Shown: one piece after another, positions 19,334 through 29,780 of the stretch | Layout: every line of letters starts with the position of its first letter | Position numbering within the stretch: position 1 is the first letter of the stretch | Source: Candidatus Spongiisociaceae bacterium | GTDB lineage: Bacteria; Actinomycetota; Acidimicrobiia; Spongiisociales; Spongiisociaceae | Assembly: GCA_965262915.1 (NCBI GenBank) | Contig: OZ253564.1 | Coordinates: forward strand, 2,752,001-2,816,000 | DNA length: 64,000 nt | Direction of reading: 5' to 3' | Notes under the pieces: generated by a model | Databases searched by the model: none | What the model was told of the DNA's origin: nothing | Seen by the model: only the letters and a program-made list of their open reading frames with translations | Translations under genes and position numbers: made by a program

Positions 19334-21211
19334 TTGACTCGGTGGTTCCCGATCCACATGTCTAAGCCCCTCCGAGCAGTTCTCTATATCGTCGCGATGG
19401 CCGCCGCGGTCGGCTTGGTGCTCGTCGTACTCGATGCCATCGACCGTTCGCCGGAACCACCGGAACCGTCCGGTCCGACCAGCGACGATGCCATCGAAGC
19501 CATACTCGAGTTGGAGGGCAAGCTCGCCAGGATCCCAATCTGGGTCGATGTCGCGGGGACCCGGTTCGAGTTGATCCCCGCCGCCATCGGCTTCGACCTC
19601 GACGAGTACTCCATTCTGGACGCGGCGCTCGAGACAGGTTCTGCGGAGTCGGTTCTCGAAGCGGTCAAGCTCTGGGTCGAGCAGGACCAGGCAACCGTCT
19701 CCTGGCCGATCGTGCCCACTGTCGACGAGGCGGCGCTGTCCAGGATGCTCGACGAGTACGACTCGCTTCTGCATGGACCGCAGGAGGGGAATATCGTCGT
19801 GGAGGGGACGACCCCTGTCCCGCAGTACCCGCGGTCGGGCTTGGTGATCGATCGCTCGACCGCCGGATCCCGCATAGTCGAGGCGTTGGGTGGGTGGCCC
19901 AGGCCCGAGTTGGTGCTCATCGACACCATCGAGGAGATGCCGGTCCTTTCGATCGAGGCCGTGGATTCGGCACTCGACGAAGCGAGGCTTCTGCTGGACG
20001 GGCCGGTGACGCTCACCCGAACCGATCCGGATGCCACCCTCGTGCTGAGCGTGGAGCGGTTGGCGCGGGCCTTGCTGGTGCGGGTGGAGCGGGTGCCCGA
20101 ACCGCGCCTGGTGGTGGGTCTCGACCCCGCCGTGATCGACGGATACATCGAACCTCTCCGGACCAGCTTCGTCCCCGCCCCGGTCGACGCCCGCTTCGTC
20201 ATCGACGACGAGGACAACATCACCATCGTTCCGGGAATCCCCGGCGCCATCATCGACGCGGAGTTGGCCGCCCTCCAGGCGGTCCAAGGGGCCCGGAATC
20301 CGAACAGGACCACAGTCCTCCCCCTCGTCGCAGGAGTGGTGCCCCAGGTCAGCGCGGAGGAACTCGAGGCTCTCGGTGTGAAGGGCAAGATCAGCGAGTT
20401 CACCACCAAGCATCCGTGCTGCCAACCGCGGGTCAACAACATCCAGCTGTTCGCGAGGACCATCGACGGCTTGATCGTGTGGCCCGGCCAGATCGTGTCG
20501 CTGAACGACGCAGTCGGAGAGCGGACGTTCGAGAAGGGTTACGTTCCGGCGCCGACCATCATCAGAGGTGAGATTACCGATACCGTGGGGGGTGGCGTGA
20601 GCCAGTTCGCCACCACGTTCTACAACGCGGTGTTCTGGGCCGGGCTGGAGATCATCGAGCACCAGCCCCACAGCTATTACTTCTCACGGTACCCGGAGGG
20701 TATAGAGGCGACGATCAGTTGGCGACAGCCCGAGTTGGTCTTCCGTAACGATACGAACCATGCGGTGGTTATCAAGACCGCATACACAAGCACTTCGATA
20801 ACCGTCAAGCTGTTCGGCGACAACTCCGACCGGAGGGTGGACGCGTGGGTGACGGGCCGGTTCGATCCCAAGGAGTTTCCCACGGTCTACTTCCCCAACC
20901 CCGAACTGATGCCCTGGGACGAGGAATTGGAGGTGCAGCGGGGCGCCGACGGATGGTCCGTAAAGGTGACACGCGACCTCACCTTCGTGGACGGCTCGAC
21001 CACTACCGAGGATTGGATCGTGCGTTACCGGCCCTGGCCGCGCCATGTCGAGGTCCATCCGTGCCTGCTTCCCGAAGACTCGGAGGACTACACAGGTGAG
21101 GAGTGTCCCCTCGAGCCGGCCACCATCCCGACGACCGAAGACTCCCCCACCTCGACGGAACCCTCCCCGGACTCCGAAGCCGCGTCACCCACCACCACGT
21201 CGGAAGGTTGA
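19334..21211 (+). CDS. VanW family protein
   Basis: N-terminal transmembrane segment; RVNNIQL, SLNDAVGERT, GGGVSQFATTFYNA, HSYYFSRYPEGIEAT. Confidence 0.9.
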   Translation: MTRWFPIHMSKPLRAVLYIVAMAAAVGLVLVVLDAIDRSPEPPEPSGPTSDDAIEAILELEGKLARIPIWVDVAGTRFELIPAAIGFDLDEYSILDAALETGSAESVLEAVKLWVEQDQATVSWPIVPTVDEAALSRMLDEYDSLLHGPQEGNIVVEGTTPVPQYPRSGLVIDRSTAGSRIVEALGGWPRPELVLIDTIEEMPVLSIEAVDSALDEARLLLDGPVTLTRTDPDATLVLSVERLARALLVRVERVPEPRLVVGLDPAVIDGYIEPLRTSFVPAPVDARFVIDDEDNITIVPGIPGAIIDAELAALQAVQGARNPNRTTVLPLVAGVVPQVSAEELEALGVKGKISEFTTKHPCCQPRVNNIQLFARTIDGLIVWPGQIVSLNDAVGERTFEKGYVPAPTIIRGEITDTVGGGVSQFATTFYNAVFWAGLEIIEHQPHSYYFSRYPEGIEATISWRQPELVFRNDTNHAVVIKTAYTSTSITVKLFGDNSDRRVDAWVTGRFDPKEFPTVYFPNPELMPWDEELEVQRGADGWSVKVTRDLTFVDGSTTTEDWIVRYRPWPRHVEVHPCLLPEDSEDYTGEECPLEPATIPTTEDSPTSTEPSPDSEAASPTTTSEG

Positions 21212-21233
21212 ACGGACGACCGGCGACCGGTGG

Positions 21234-21539
21234 CTACTGCCGGTTCTCTGCGTAGTGGATCAGAGAGTTCCGGATGGTGCCGGCGGCCAACTCGGCCTGC
21301 TCGTCGGTCCAATCCCCTGAACGTCTGGCCGAGATGGCGTTCGAGAACACGTACACGGAGACGAGAGAAGGAATGGAGGCGAAGAGGGCGCTCGCCAACT
21401 TGGCCGGGAACGTATTCGAGGCGGCCGCGGATTCGGGGCCGGGGTACGTCTCGCCTTCCTGACCGGACAGGCTGCGGTCGGTGTCGAAGACGGCCACGTC
21501 ACCGAGCAGCAGACGATCGACTTCGATCAGTTGACCCAA
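21234..21539 (-). CDS. Conserved small protein, possibly NifU N-terminal-like
   Basis: RBS AAGGAG before TTG; FDTDRSLSGQ...V.SVYVFSNAI; directly follows pyk. Confidence 0.6.
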   Translation of the reverse strand: MGQLIEVDRLLLGDVAVFDTDRSLSGQEGETYPGPESAAASNTFPAKLASALFASIPSLVSVYVFSNAISARRSGDWTDEQAELAAGTIRNSLIHYAENRQ

Positions 21540-21567
21540 TTGTCTCCTTGCGGCGCCGACAGGAACT

Positions 21568-23055
21568 CTAGGCGACCCCACGGCGGGTCACCAACCGGCG
21601 CCCGGTTTCCTGTCTGTGTCGCTGAGGAAACCTCAGACGCTCGCCGATGACGTGGAGTTTCACGAGGTTGGTGGACGCCTGGCTGTTGGGCGGTACGCCG
21701 GCGATCATCACGACACCCTCACCGCGCTCGCAGATACCGGTCTTCTCGAGGTACTTCTCGGCGGCCGCGAACATGAGATCGGTGGAGGACCGGCGCTCGA
21801 AGGGGATAGGCGTGACGCCCCAGTACAGGGCCATCCGGCGCCTGATCCGGGCGCTGGGAGCGAAGACCATGATGTCGGCGGACGGCCGGTACTTGGATAG
21901 GAGCCGGGCTGTACCGCCCGACTCGGTGAAGGCGACGATGGTCCGGAAGCCCAGATCCCGGGCGGCTTCGGTCCCCGCCTTGGCGGTCGCCGAAGCGAAG
22001 CTCATCGAGCTCTCCAGGAAGTCCACCTCGTCGTCGTCGGCCATGTGTATGTCGCGGTAACGTTCCGCTTCGAGACAGATGGACGACATGGCCTCGATCA
22101 CCCGGACCGGGTGCCGTCCCACAGCGGTCTCGGCGGAGAGCATCACCGCGTCGGTGCCCGACGCCACCGCGTTGGCCACGTCGGTCACCTCCGCCCGGCT
22201 GGGGCGCAGAGCAGTCACCATCGACTCGAGCATCTCGGTGGCCGTGATCGAGATCAGACCGGCCCGGTTGGTGCGCCGCAGGATGTCCGACTGGACGTTG
22301 GGGATGGTCTCGAGCGGGAGCTGCACGCCGAGATCCCCCCGCGCCACCATCACCCCGTCCGCCGCCTCGAGGATCGAATCGAGGTTCTGGTAGGCGAGGG
22401 CCAGTTCCACCTTGGCGATGATCGGCACATCGGGGCCGGCGAGTTCGCGCACCTCGGTGATGTCGTCGCCTTCCTTGACGAAGGAGGCGGCCACGTAGTC
22501 CACGCCGAGTTCGCGACCCACTTCGAGATCCTCACGATCCTTCTCCGTGACCGGACCTACCTGGAGGTCGCTGTCGGGAAACGCGACACCCTTGCGATCT
22601 CGTAAGGTACCGCCCCGGTGGATCAGGACCTCGAGGGTGTCACCGACTACATCGGTTACCCGGCCGCCGATCACCCCGTCCGACATCACCACCCGGGCCC
22701 CGACCTCCACATCGTCAATCAGGTGGTCGTAGTCGACCGGTATCAGGCCCGGGCTCCCCTTCCTGTCGGTGGCGATCATGCGTACCACGTCACCGCGGCT
22801 CAACTCCATCTCGCCGCCCTCGAAGAGGCCCACCCGCGTCTTGGGGCCTTGAATGTCCTGGAGCACCGCCACCGACCGCCCCGCCTCTGCGGCGGCCGCG
22901 CGCAGCCATCCGATCATCCGGCGATGGGATTCGTGGTCGCCGTGGCTGAAGTTGAGCCTGGCCACGTCGATCCCCGCCTCGACCAGGGCCTTCACCGAGT
23001 CGGGGTGGGCGACCGCGGGGCCCATCGTGGCCACGATCTTCGTCCTGCGTAACAC
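21568..23055 (-). CDS. pyk: Pyruvate kinase
   Basis: RRTKIVATMGP, ARLNFSHG, DIQGPK, MVARGDLG, DAVMLSAETA, AFTESG.TA. Confidence 0.97.
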   Translation of the reverse strand: MLRRTKIVATMGPAVAHPDSVKALVEAGIDVARLNFSHGDHESHRRMIGWLRAAAAEAGRSVAVLQDIQGPKTRVGLFEGGEMELSRGDVVRMIATDRKGSPGLIPVDYDHLIDDVEVGARVVMSDGVIGGRVTDVVGDTLEVLIHRGGTLRDRKGVAFPDSDLQVGPVTEKDREDLEVGRELGVDYVAASFVKEGDDITEVRELAGPDVPIIAKVELALAYQNLDSILEAADGVMVARGDLGVQLPLETIPNVQSDILRRTNRAGLISITATEMLESMVTALRPSRAEVTDVANAVASGTDAVMLSAETAVGRHPVRVIEAMSSICLEAERYRDIHMADDDEVDFLESSMSFASATAKAGTEAARDLGFRTIVAFTESGGTARLLSKYRPSADIMVFAPSARIRRRMALYWGVTPIPFERRSSTDLMFAAAEKYLEKTGICERGEGVVMIAGVPPNSQASTNLVKLHVIGERLRFPQRHRQETGRRLVTRRGVA

Positions 23056-23136
23056 CTGACCCCAAGCTACACAGACGGCGCCGCTACTCCAAGGTTCTCG
23101 GACGGCGGCATGCGAACGGGGCGCCCCCCATGTGCT

Positions 23137-23790
23137 TCAGGAGCCGGACAGCGGAACCGAAGCGAGCAGTTCGGTGAGATCCGACACGCCGATGCTATCG
23201 AGGTGCTTCGTCGCAGAGACGATCTTGGTTCGCAACGCCTTATCGACCCGTTCGGCTGCCAGCCTGACGAACTTCTCTTCCAGCAGATCCCACGACTCGG
23301 GACCGGTGTGCGAACCTGTGTAGTCGTTCTTGACGTTGACGAGCACGGTTCCGTCCTGCAGATGGAGCCGCACCCGGCACGGCAGTTCGGCGGGGAAGCG
23401 GGCGCTCATCTCGTCATCCTCTCGCACGATCACCTTCCTGAGCAGGTCCTGGACATCCCTCCTGGAGATCCGCTCCGGCGCGAACTGCCGAGGAGTGACT
23501 TCACCGTCGATGAGAGCAACGGCCACGAGGTAGACGAGCGAGTGATCGGCTTCCTCCTTGGTGGCGACCAGAGTCTTGTCTCCTGCCCCACTCCCGATGA
23601 TCTCGTAGGCAGCGTCGAACACGTCCACCTCGATGTAGTGCAGTTGGGACGGTGAGACAGAATGTCTCTCTCGTAGCTCGAGGAGGGCTTCGATAACCGA
23701 CTGGGCGTGGCCCTCGGCGTTGTACCTCTTGATGATCGTGGCGTGCACCCTGTCGACCATCTCGTCCGGCCAGGCCACCTCGAAGTCCCC
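23137..23790 (-). pseudogene. C-terminal half of an MmgE/PrpD family protein (5'-truncated)
   Basis: IKRYNAEGHAQS, TKEEADHSLVYLVAVALIDG, QFAPERI, LEEKF. The N-terminal half is missing. Confidence 0.75.
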
Positions 23791-23948
23791 GCTTCGGTGC
23801 CCTACTCCGGCGTCCGCCGCGACGGCCGCCACCTGTACTACTACGTCGATGAGTTCTACTCAGCCCCCGACGCGGACCGGGCTTTGGTGGGGAGCGGTTA
23901 CTGCGATGAGTAGCCTATTGGTGGCCGGGCAGTCGGAAGGAGGCGGAA

Positions 23949-24593
23949 GTGGACGTGTTCGAGTTGATGCGGACGCAACGTAGCGTCAAAGCTTTCAGGC
24001 CGGACCCGGTGTCCGACGATGACATCCGCACCATCCTGACCGCAGCTACCTGGGCTCCGAACGGCACCAACGCGCAGCCGTGGGAGTTCATCGTCATCAA
24101 GGACCCCGACGTCAAGAGGAGAGTTGCCGACATCTATCGGGAGGGTTTGAGATTCCTGCTGGACCACCCTCGACGCCAGGGTCACAAGCAGCCCGACAAG
24201 CGCACCTTCCACAAGACGATGATGCGCAAGTCTCGCTTCTTGCGTGACCACCTCGAGGAGAGCCCGGTACTCATCGTCGTCGCGATGAACAAGGAAAAGG
24301 ACCACCTCCCCCGCTATGGGGTACTCAAGGCTATCCGCGCCGAGGCGACCTTCACATCGATCATGCCCTGCGTCCAGAACCTGATGCTGGCGGCCCGCAG
24401 TCTCGGTCTCGGTACGTGCCTCACGACGGCTCTCAACATCTTGGAGGAAGACGCCAAGATCGCGCTGGGGATGCCCGAGGAGACCCAGATCATCGCCCTG
24501 ATTCCTCTTGGATATCCCGCGGATGACTTCAAGCCCGTCACGAGGATCCCCGCCGAGGAGTTCACGCACTGGGACAGATGGCAGCGAGACTGA
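23949..24593 (+). CDS. Nitroreductase family protein
   Basis: QRSVKAFRPDPV, APNGTNAQPWEF, QNLMLAARSLGLG, IPLGYP. Confidence 0.9.
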   Translation: MDVFELMRTQRSVKAFRPDPVSDDDIRTILTAATWAPNGTNAQPWEFIVIKDPDVKRRVADIYREGLRFLLDHPRRQGHKQPDKRTFHKTMMRKSRFLRDHLEESPVLIVVAMNKEKDHLPRYGVLKAIRAEATFTSIMPCVQNLMLAARSLGLGTCLTTALNILEEDAKIALGMPEETQIIALIPLGYPADDFKPVTRIPAEEFTHWDRWQRD

Positions 24594-24744
24594 CAGCCCG
24601 GCGAGTGAAACGTTGCCGGGGTTCCCGGAGCGGCTCACAAACCAGGTTCGGCGTATACGGGTGGACAGCTCACTCGACCACACCTACAACACCGGAACCG
24701 ACCCACCATGAGCCGCCGCTTGGCAACTACGGCTCCCGGGGTGT

Positions 24745-25743
24745 CTAGACCTTCATCAGCACCTTCATCGATGACGAGTCCTGGACCAGCTCGAACGCTC
24801 GCGCCGCCTCGCTCAGATCGAGCTGGTGGGTGACGATCGGCTCCAGGCTGACCGACCCTGCGGCGGTGAGCGCGATCCCACTGGCGTAGTCGCTGATGAG
24901 CGCCGCGCGGGGGTGGTGGATGGTCAGTTCCTTGAAGTAGAGGTCGTAGTAAGGGAGACCTTTACCGGCTCCAACCAGAGTTCCATAAGAGAGGACTTCA
25001 CCACCGATACCGGTAAGAGAAATGGTGTCGGCGAGTGTGGCCTCGTACCCGGCAGCTTCCACCCCGAGATCGGCGCCTCTCCCATCTGTGTGCCCCAGGA
25101 CCACCTCCGTCGCCTCGGACGGGTCGGCTACGGCGATGGCCCCCAACTCGAGAGCCAGGTCGCGCTTCCACTCTGATCGGGTGATCCCGATCACATCCAT
25201 CCCCTTCAGACGGAGCAGCTGGGCCAGGATCTGGCCGCTCACGCCCAGCCCCACCACCACCGCCACCTGACCGGGGAAGGGGTGGAGCCGCTCCACAGCA
25301 TGGACGCAGGTCCCCAGGACCTGGAGCAGCCCCGACGCCTTTTCCGAAACGTTGGGGGGTATCGACACCAGGCGGTTGGTGGGTGCCGTGATGTACTCGG
25401 TAAACACCCCATCCATATCGCGACCGAGGAGCCCGCCGTTCCGGCACAGGTTGGGCCTACCCGCCGCACAGAGGTCGCACCACCCGCAAGACACTGCGGG
25501 GTCGACCAGGATCCGGGTCCCAACGCCGTAGAAAGATCCAGCGGGGGCCGAGACCACCTCACCTGCCATCTCGTGACCCATGATCAGTGGGTAGGCGACA
25601 CCGACCCTCCCGGTGAAGATCTCCGTGTCGGTCCCGCAGATACCCACCTGTTTGATCCGGACGACGACCTCGCCGTCAACTCCCGGCTCGGGCACGTCGG
25701 CGATCTCGACGGCGCCCGGGCCTACGAGACGTACCGCCTTCAA
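24745..25743 (-). CDS. Zn-dependent medium-chain (polyol/threonine-type) dehydrogenase
   Basis: GICGTD, GHE, CGWCDLC.......C, GLGVSG. Confidence 0.9.
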   Translation of the reverse strand: MKAVRLVGPGAVEIADVPEPGVDGEVVVRIKQVGICGTDTEIFTGRVGVAYPLIMGHEMAGEVVSAPAGSFYGVGTRILVDPAVSCGWCDLCAAGRPNLCRNGGLLGRDMDGVFTEYITAPTNRLVSIPPNVSEKASGLLQVLGTCVHAVERLHPFPGQVAVVVGLGVSGQILAQLLRLKGMDVIGITRSEWKRDLALELGAIAVADPSEATEVVLGHTDGRGADLGVEAAGYEATLADTISLTGIGGEVLSYGTLVGAGKGLPYYDLYFKELTIHHPRAALISDYASGIALTAAGSVSLEPIVTHQLDLSEAARAFELVQDSSSMKVLMKV

Positions 25744-25983
25744 TCGGGCTCTCCTCCTCTATCGGGGAAATTGTAGGGGTCAACGATCGGGACCCGATCC
25801 GTGCCCGAGGCACAGCTCCGTCAGCGCTAGGAGCAAGGCAGATGGCGGATTTGGTCGGCCTGAGCTCTTTTCGATGGACGCCCGGGTCCAAGATGCGTTT
25901 CAATCGGACGCGCTCACGCGGTGCCAGGGCCTCGGGCGGCCCGGTTATGGTGCGTGGAGCCGAATCGAAGCGCACATGGGACC

Positions 25984-26982
25984 ATGAAGACGATCGATAT
26001 CCATAGCCATCTCGCGACGCCTGACGCCCGCTCCCCGGTCGAGATCCATCGACGGCCTGAGTTCGAACCCTACGACTACTTCATGGGTCAGGATTCAAAG
26101 GATCGCAACAAGCTCATGATCCCGGAGATCGCGGACAGTCTCACCGTTCCCTCGGCCCGGCTCGAGCTCATGGACCGGATGGGGGTGGAGGTCCAGGGTC
26201 TGGCTACGTTTGTTTCGGAGTATTTCTATTGGGCACCCGGGCCCGCCGCTGCCGAGTCGGCCAGGATCCAGAACGACAACCTCGCCGCCGCCGTCGCCGA
26301 CTATCCCCACCGTTTCGTCGCCCTGGGAGCGACGGTGCCCCTCCAGGACATCGATCTCGCGATCGCAGAGATGGACCGTGCTGTCGACGAACTCGGTTTC
26401 AGGGGGCTCCAGATCGGGGGAACCGTCGATGGCCACAATCTGGACGAGACGAGGTTCCGCCCTTTCTGGGCAGCGGTCGAGGCCAAGGGGGTGCCGGTGA
26501 TCCTCCATCCCAGCGGATACCCGGAGGGCCTGCGCTTCTCCGACTACTTCTTGGTGAACTGTATCGGTAACCCTCTGGAGACGATGGTCGCGGCCACCCG
26601 GATGATTTTCAGCGGGCTGTTCGAGGAGCACCCGGGCATCAGGCTGGTACTGCTCCACGGTGGTGGCTACCTCCCGTTCTATTGCTCCCGCGCCGATCAC
26701 ACCTGGAAGGTTCGCCCCGAAACACGGACCAGGATCCCCGACCATCCGCCCAGCCACTACATGAAGCGGCTCTTCTACGACACGATGGTCTTCCAGCCGG
26801 TCTACCTGCGTCATCTGATCGAGGTTGTCGGTGTCGACCGTGTGATGCTGGGCACCGACTTCCCGTTCGACATGGGCGAGACCGACCCGCTTGCCCTCAT
26901 CGGCGCCACGCCGGGGCTCGACGACGAGGACAGAGCCGCCATCTCCGGAGGCAACGCCGCCCGACTCTACGGGTTGGTCTGA
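25984..26982 (+). CDS. Amidohydrolase_2 family protein (ACMSD-like decarboxylase/hydratase)
   Basis: DIHSH, ILHP, HGGGYLP, GTDFPFDMG. Confidence 0.88.
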   Translation: MKTIDIHSHLATPDARSPVEIHRRPEFEPYDYFMGQDSKDRNKLMIPEIADSLTVPSARLELMDRMGVEVQGLATFVSEYFYWAPGPAAAESARIQNDNLAAAVADYPHRFVALGATVPLQDIDLAIAEMDRAVDELGFRGLQIGGTVDGHNLDETRFRPFWAAVEAKGVPVILHPSGYPEGLRFSDYFLVNCIGNPLETMVAATRMIFSGLFEEHPGIRLVLLHGGGYLPFYCSRADHTWKVRPETRTRIPDHPPSHYMKRLFYDTMVFQPVYLRHLIEVVGVDRVMLGTDFPFDMGETDPLALIGATPGLDDEDRAAISGGNAARLYGLV

Positions 26983-27112
26983 CTCCGGGCTCGGCTCGCA
27001 TCGTTCGATCCGGGTGAGGAGTTCGGGGCTCCCACGGTCGCGCTGTATCTACGCATCGAGCCCCTGACTCCGTGATCGGATCCAGGTCCTCCGGCCCGCG
27101 AAGGGGCCCCGA

Positions 27113-27988
27113 TCACCTTTCCAGACCGGCCCTGATCTCGAGATAGCGACAGAGGACGGCGGCGTCGAGGCTGCCCATGCCGGCGGCGCTCGTCTCCCGA
27201 TAAGCCTCCAGTGCTGTGTCGAGCAGCGGCGTGGGAGCCCCGACACCCCTCGCGAAGTCCCGGATTATCTCGGCGTCCTTGAGGAGGATGTCGAGGCGGC
27301 CTGCCGGCGGGTAGTCGTCGACCACCATCATCGGTCCCCTGATCTCGAACATCTTCGAGGAGCCGACACCGTCCTCCATCACTCGCTGCACCGTCGCCGG
27401 GTCCATGCCGGCTGCCATGCCCAGAACATGAGCCTCAGCGGCGGCCAGGTTATGCACCGCCACCAGCAGGTTGGCGACGTACTTCATCCTCGACCCGTTC
27501 CCGAACCCCCCCAGATAGTGGCTGGAACGGCCGACAGCCGTCAAGACGGATTGAGCCCGGTAGAAGGCCTCGCGGCCCCCGGATGCGAACACGACAAGGG
27601 TGCCATCGGTTGCCTGGAGCCCGGTTCCCGAGAGTGGGGCGTCCATCAAGTCGATCCCCGACGCCGCCAGGACATCCCTGGCCGCAATCTTGGCTGCGAG
27701 GGGGAACGTCCCGGTCTCCAGGCAAAGCAGACCCTCCGGGCCATGGGCCGCCACCTGGGCGGCAACGTCGGCGAGGGCCGGCACGGTGGGCAGTGAGAAG
27801 ATGACAATCTGGGAGGCGGCTCCCACGGCTCCCGCCGAGTCCTCGATACGGACTCCTGCTTCGGCCGCGGAGGATCGTCGCCCCTGGTCGATGTCGAACC
27901 CGAGGACCGTGTGACCGGCGGCGACCAGGTTGGCTGCCATGGGCGAGCCCATGACCCCGAGCCCGATTACTCCGACCATCTCAGTCAT
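27113..27988 (-). CDS. Beta-hydroxyacid dehydrogenase family (3-hydroxyisobutyrate/threonate DH-like)
   Basis: GLGVMGSPMA, DAPLSG, MKYVANLL, KD. Confidence 0.88.
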   Translation of the reverse strand: MTEMVGVIGLGVMGSPMAANLVAAGHTVLGFDIDQGRRSSAAEAGVRIEDSAGAVGAASQIVIFSLPTVPALADVAAQVAAHGPEGLLCLETGTFPLAAKIAARDVLAASGIDLMDAPLSGTGLQATDGTLVVFASGGREAFYRAQSVLTAVGRSSHYLGGFGNGSRMKYVANLLVAVHNLAAAEAHVLGMAAGMDPATVQRVMEDGVGSSKMFEIRGPMMVVDDYPPAGRLDILLKDAEIIRDFARGVGAPTPLLDTALEAYRETSAAGMGSLDAAVLCRYLEIRAGLER

Positions 27989-29639
27989 CTGTTTCTCCTT
28001 CGAGGGGAAGTGTCGCCACGACGCCGGCATGACCGTCTACGGCGATGATGCGGTCTGAAGATGTGCGAAGCCGGATCCCGCAGACTGCCGGGATTCCGAG
28101 CGCACGAGCCGCGTCGAAAAGGTGGGCCGCCGGGCTTCCGGTCTCGGTGACGATCCCTGACGCATCCCACAGCAGCGGGGCGAGCTCCGGGGTGGGGTAG
28201 ACAGAGGTGATCACCGATCGTGGGGTCGGGCGGTATCCGGGGTCGGCGAGATGTGGAGTTGTCCCCAACCCGGCTCCGAACCCCCTCGATGCCGGCGTTC
28301 CCCGATGTATCTCGCCCGTCTGGAGGACAACCGCCGTGATCAGGGGGTCCCAGCGCCCGATCCCGACACGCGATCCCGCCACGAGCGCCCCACCAGCGAG
28401 CACCCGTTCGACTTGCTCTGCGGTCAGGAACCAGGCGGCTCTGGGCTCGCCCACTACACCTCGGGCCACCATCTCATCCCGAATCCGGTCGAGATGACCG
28501 ATCAGCCGGCCTGCCAAGGCCTGACTCGGCTCCTGCAGGCGGCGTATCCGCTCCAGGGCAGCGGCCGGGTCGGGGCCTCGCAGCTTCCTGATCGTGTCCC
28601 GCGCCGCACGTCGAGCCTCGTCCCCGGGTAACTCCCAGACCTGGGAGACCAACTCGTCGCTGAGGTCGCGCGCCACCCGGAGGTCGGGGTTCGCAATCTC
28701 GGACCCCGCCGGCAGGCGCCCAGCGAATGCCCATGGGAGCACCATTTCCTCACCCAAGGGGCCCGGGGCGAGAACGGCCAGACGTGACACCCTGATCATC
28801 AGCGGGTCCACCTCAGTAAGGCTGTCGGCTTCGGTGAGTTGCATGGGAGTGGACTTACCGAGTTGAAGGATCCACACCTCTCCATCCCAGGCCCACTCAC
28901 ACCTGTTCGCTCCGATGGATTGATGGGCAACCTGGAGGACGGAGCGGATCCCTTCGAGGGCGTTCAATCCGAGCAACTCGATCAGGCCGTCGCCCACCCA
29001 ACCCTCGTCCCATCTGGCAGTATCGCCCACGACCCACCCCTGGAGGAGTGGGGCAGGTGATCCTTTGACCCCGTGGACCACTACCTTGCCATTTGCCAGT
29101 TCCGCGCTTCCTCCCGCCGCGGGCTCCAGCGCGGGCTGCACCAGAACCGCCATCGGCACGTTTCCCGGTTTGATCGAGGCGACACGCTGCCTTTCCAGTG
29201 CGGCGACCGCAAACGCCGAGGCCCAGCAGCCGACGATTGCGCGCGGTAGATCGCCGGGAGTCAGATCCTGATAGGAGGTGAACGCTCCTGACCACTCGCT
29301 CGATCCCTCCAAGCGGGTGGAGGAACGGGCAACGAGCCGCGGGCTCAGAGCAGAGCCGGAGGCGGCCAGCTCGTTCGCGTTGGGTACAGGCTCTTTGAGA
29401 ATGGCGAGACGGGCGGCACCAGACCCACGTCTGCTGAGGGCCCGCTCTCCTATCGCCATGTGATGCCGTGAGTCTCCGGCTTCGAGCACGAAGCCGGGAA
29501 GGACCGGGAGACCTGCTCGGCGACCCATGGCGAGCCAGGCTGCCTTGGCGCCGACCCTTCCCGGGTCGAGGCTTCCCTCGTGGTCGAGGTCGACGATCAA
29601 TCCAGAGGCCTGTCTGTGAAAAGGCGGCGTCGTATGCAA
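27981..29639 (-). CDS. PEP-utilising enzyme: PPDK_N-like nucleotide-binding domain plus C-terminal phospho-His domain
   Basis: VGAKAA, ARSS...E, GAFTSY, CWAS, MAVLVQ, CEWA; C-terminal TETGSPAAHL..AR.LGIPAV...VDG..G. Confidence 0.8.
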   Translation of the reverse strand: MHTTPPFHRQASGLIVDLDHEGSLDPGRVGAKAAWLAMGRRAGLPVLPGFVLEAGDSRHHMAIGERALSRRGSGAARLAILKEPVPNANELAASGSALSPRLVARSSTRLEGSSEWSGAFTSYQDLTPGDLPRAIVGCWASAFAVAALERQRVASIKPGNVPMAVLVQPALEPAAGGSAELANGKVVVHGVKGSPAPLLQGWVVGDTARWDEGWVGDGLIELLGLNALEGIRSVLQVAHQSIGANRCEWAWDGEVWILQLGKSTPMQLTEADSLTEVDPLMIRVSRLAVLAPGPLGEEMVLPWAFAGRLPAGSEIANPDLRVARDLSDELVSQVWELPGDEARRAARDTIRKLRGPDPAAALERIRRLQEPSQALAGRLIGHLDRIRDEMVARGVVGEPRAAWFLTAEQVERVLAGGALVAGSRVGIGRWDPLITAVVLQTGEIHRGTPASRGFGAGLGTTPHLADPGYRPTPRSVITSVYPTPELAPLLWDASGIVTETGSPAAHLFDAARALGIPAVCGIRLRTSSDRIIAVDGHAGVVATLPLEGETDD

Positions 29640-29780
29640 CCAGAGCGTGGCAAGTTGTCGTGCAGACAGAGCACTAGGAGGGTGGTGTAAGACCCCTCAA
29701 GGCCCGTCGATCGATGACATAACGCCTGTTCAGAGGAAGACGGGCCGTTGCTCCCCACCGTTTTAGACCACCCTAACGAG

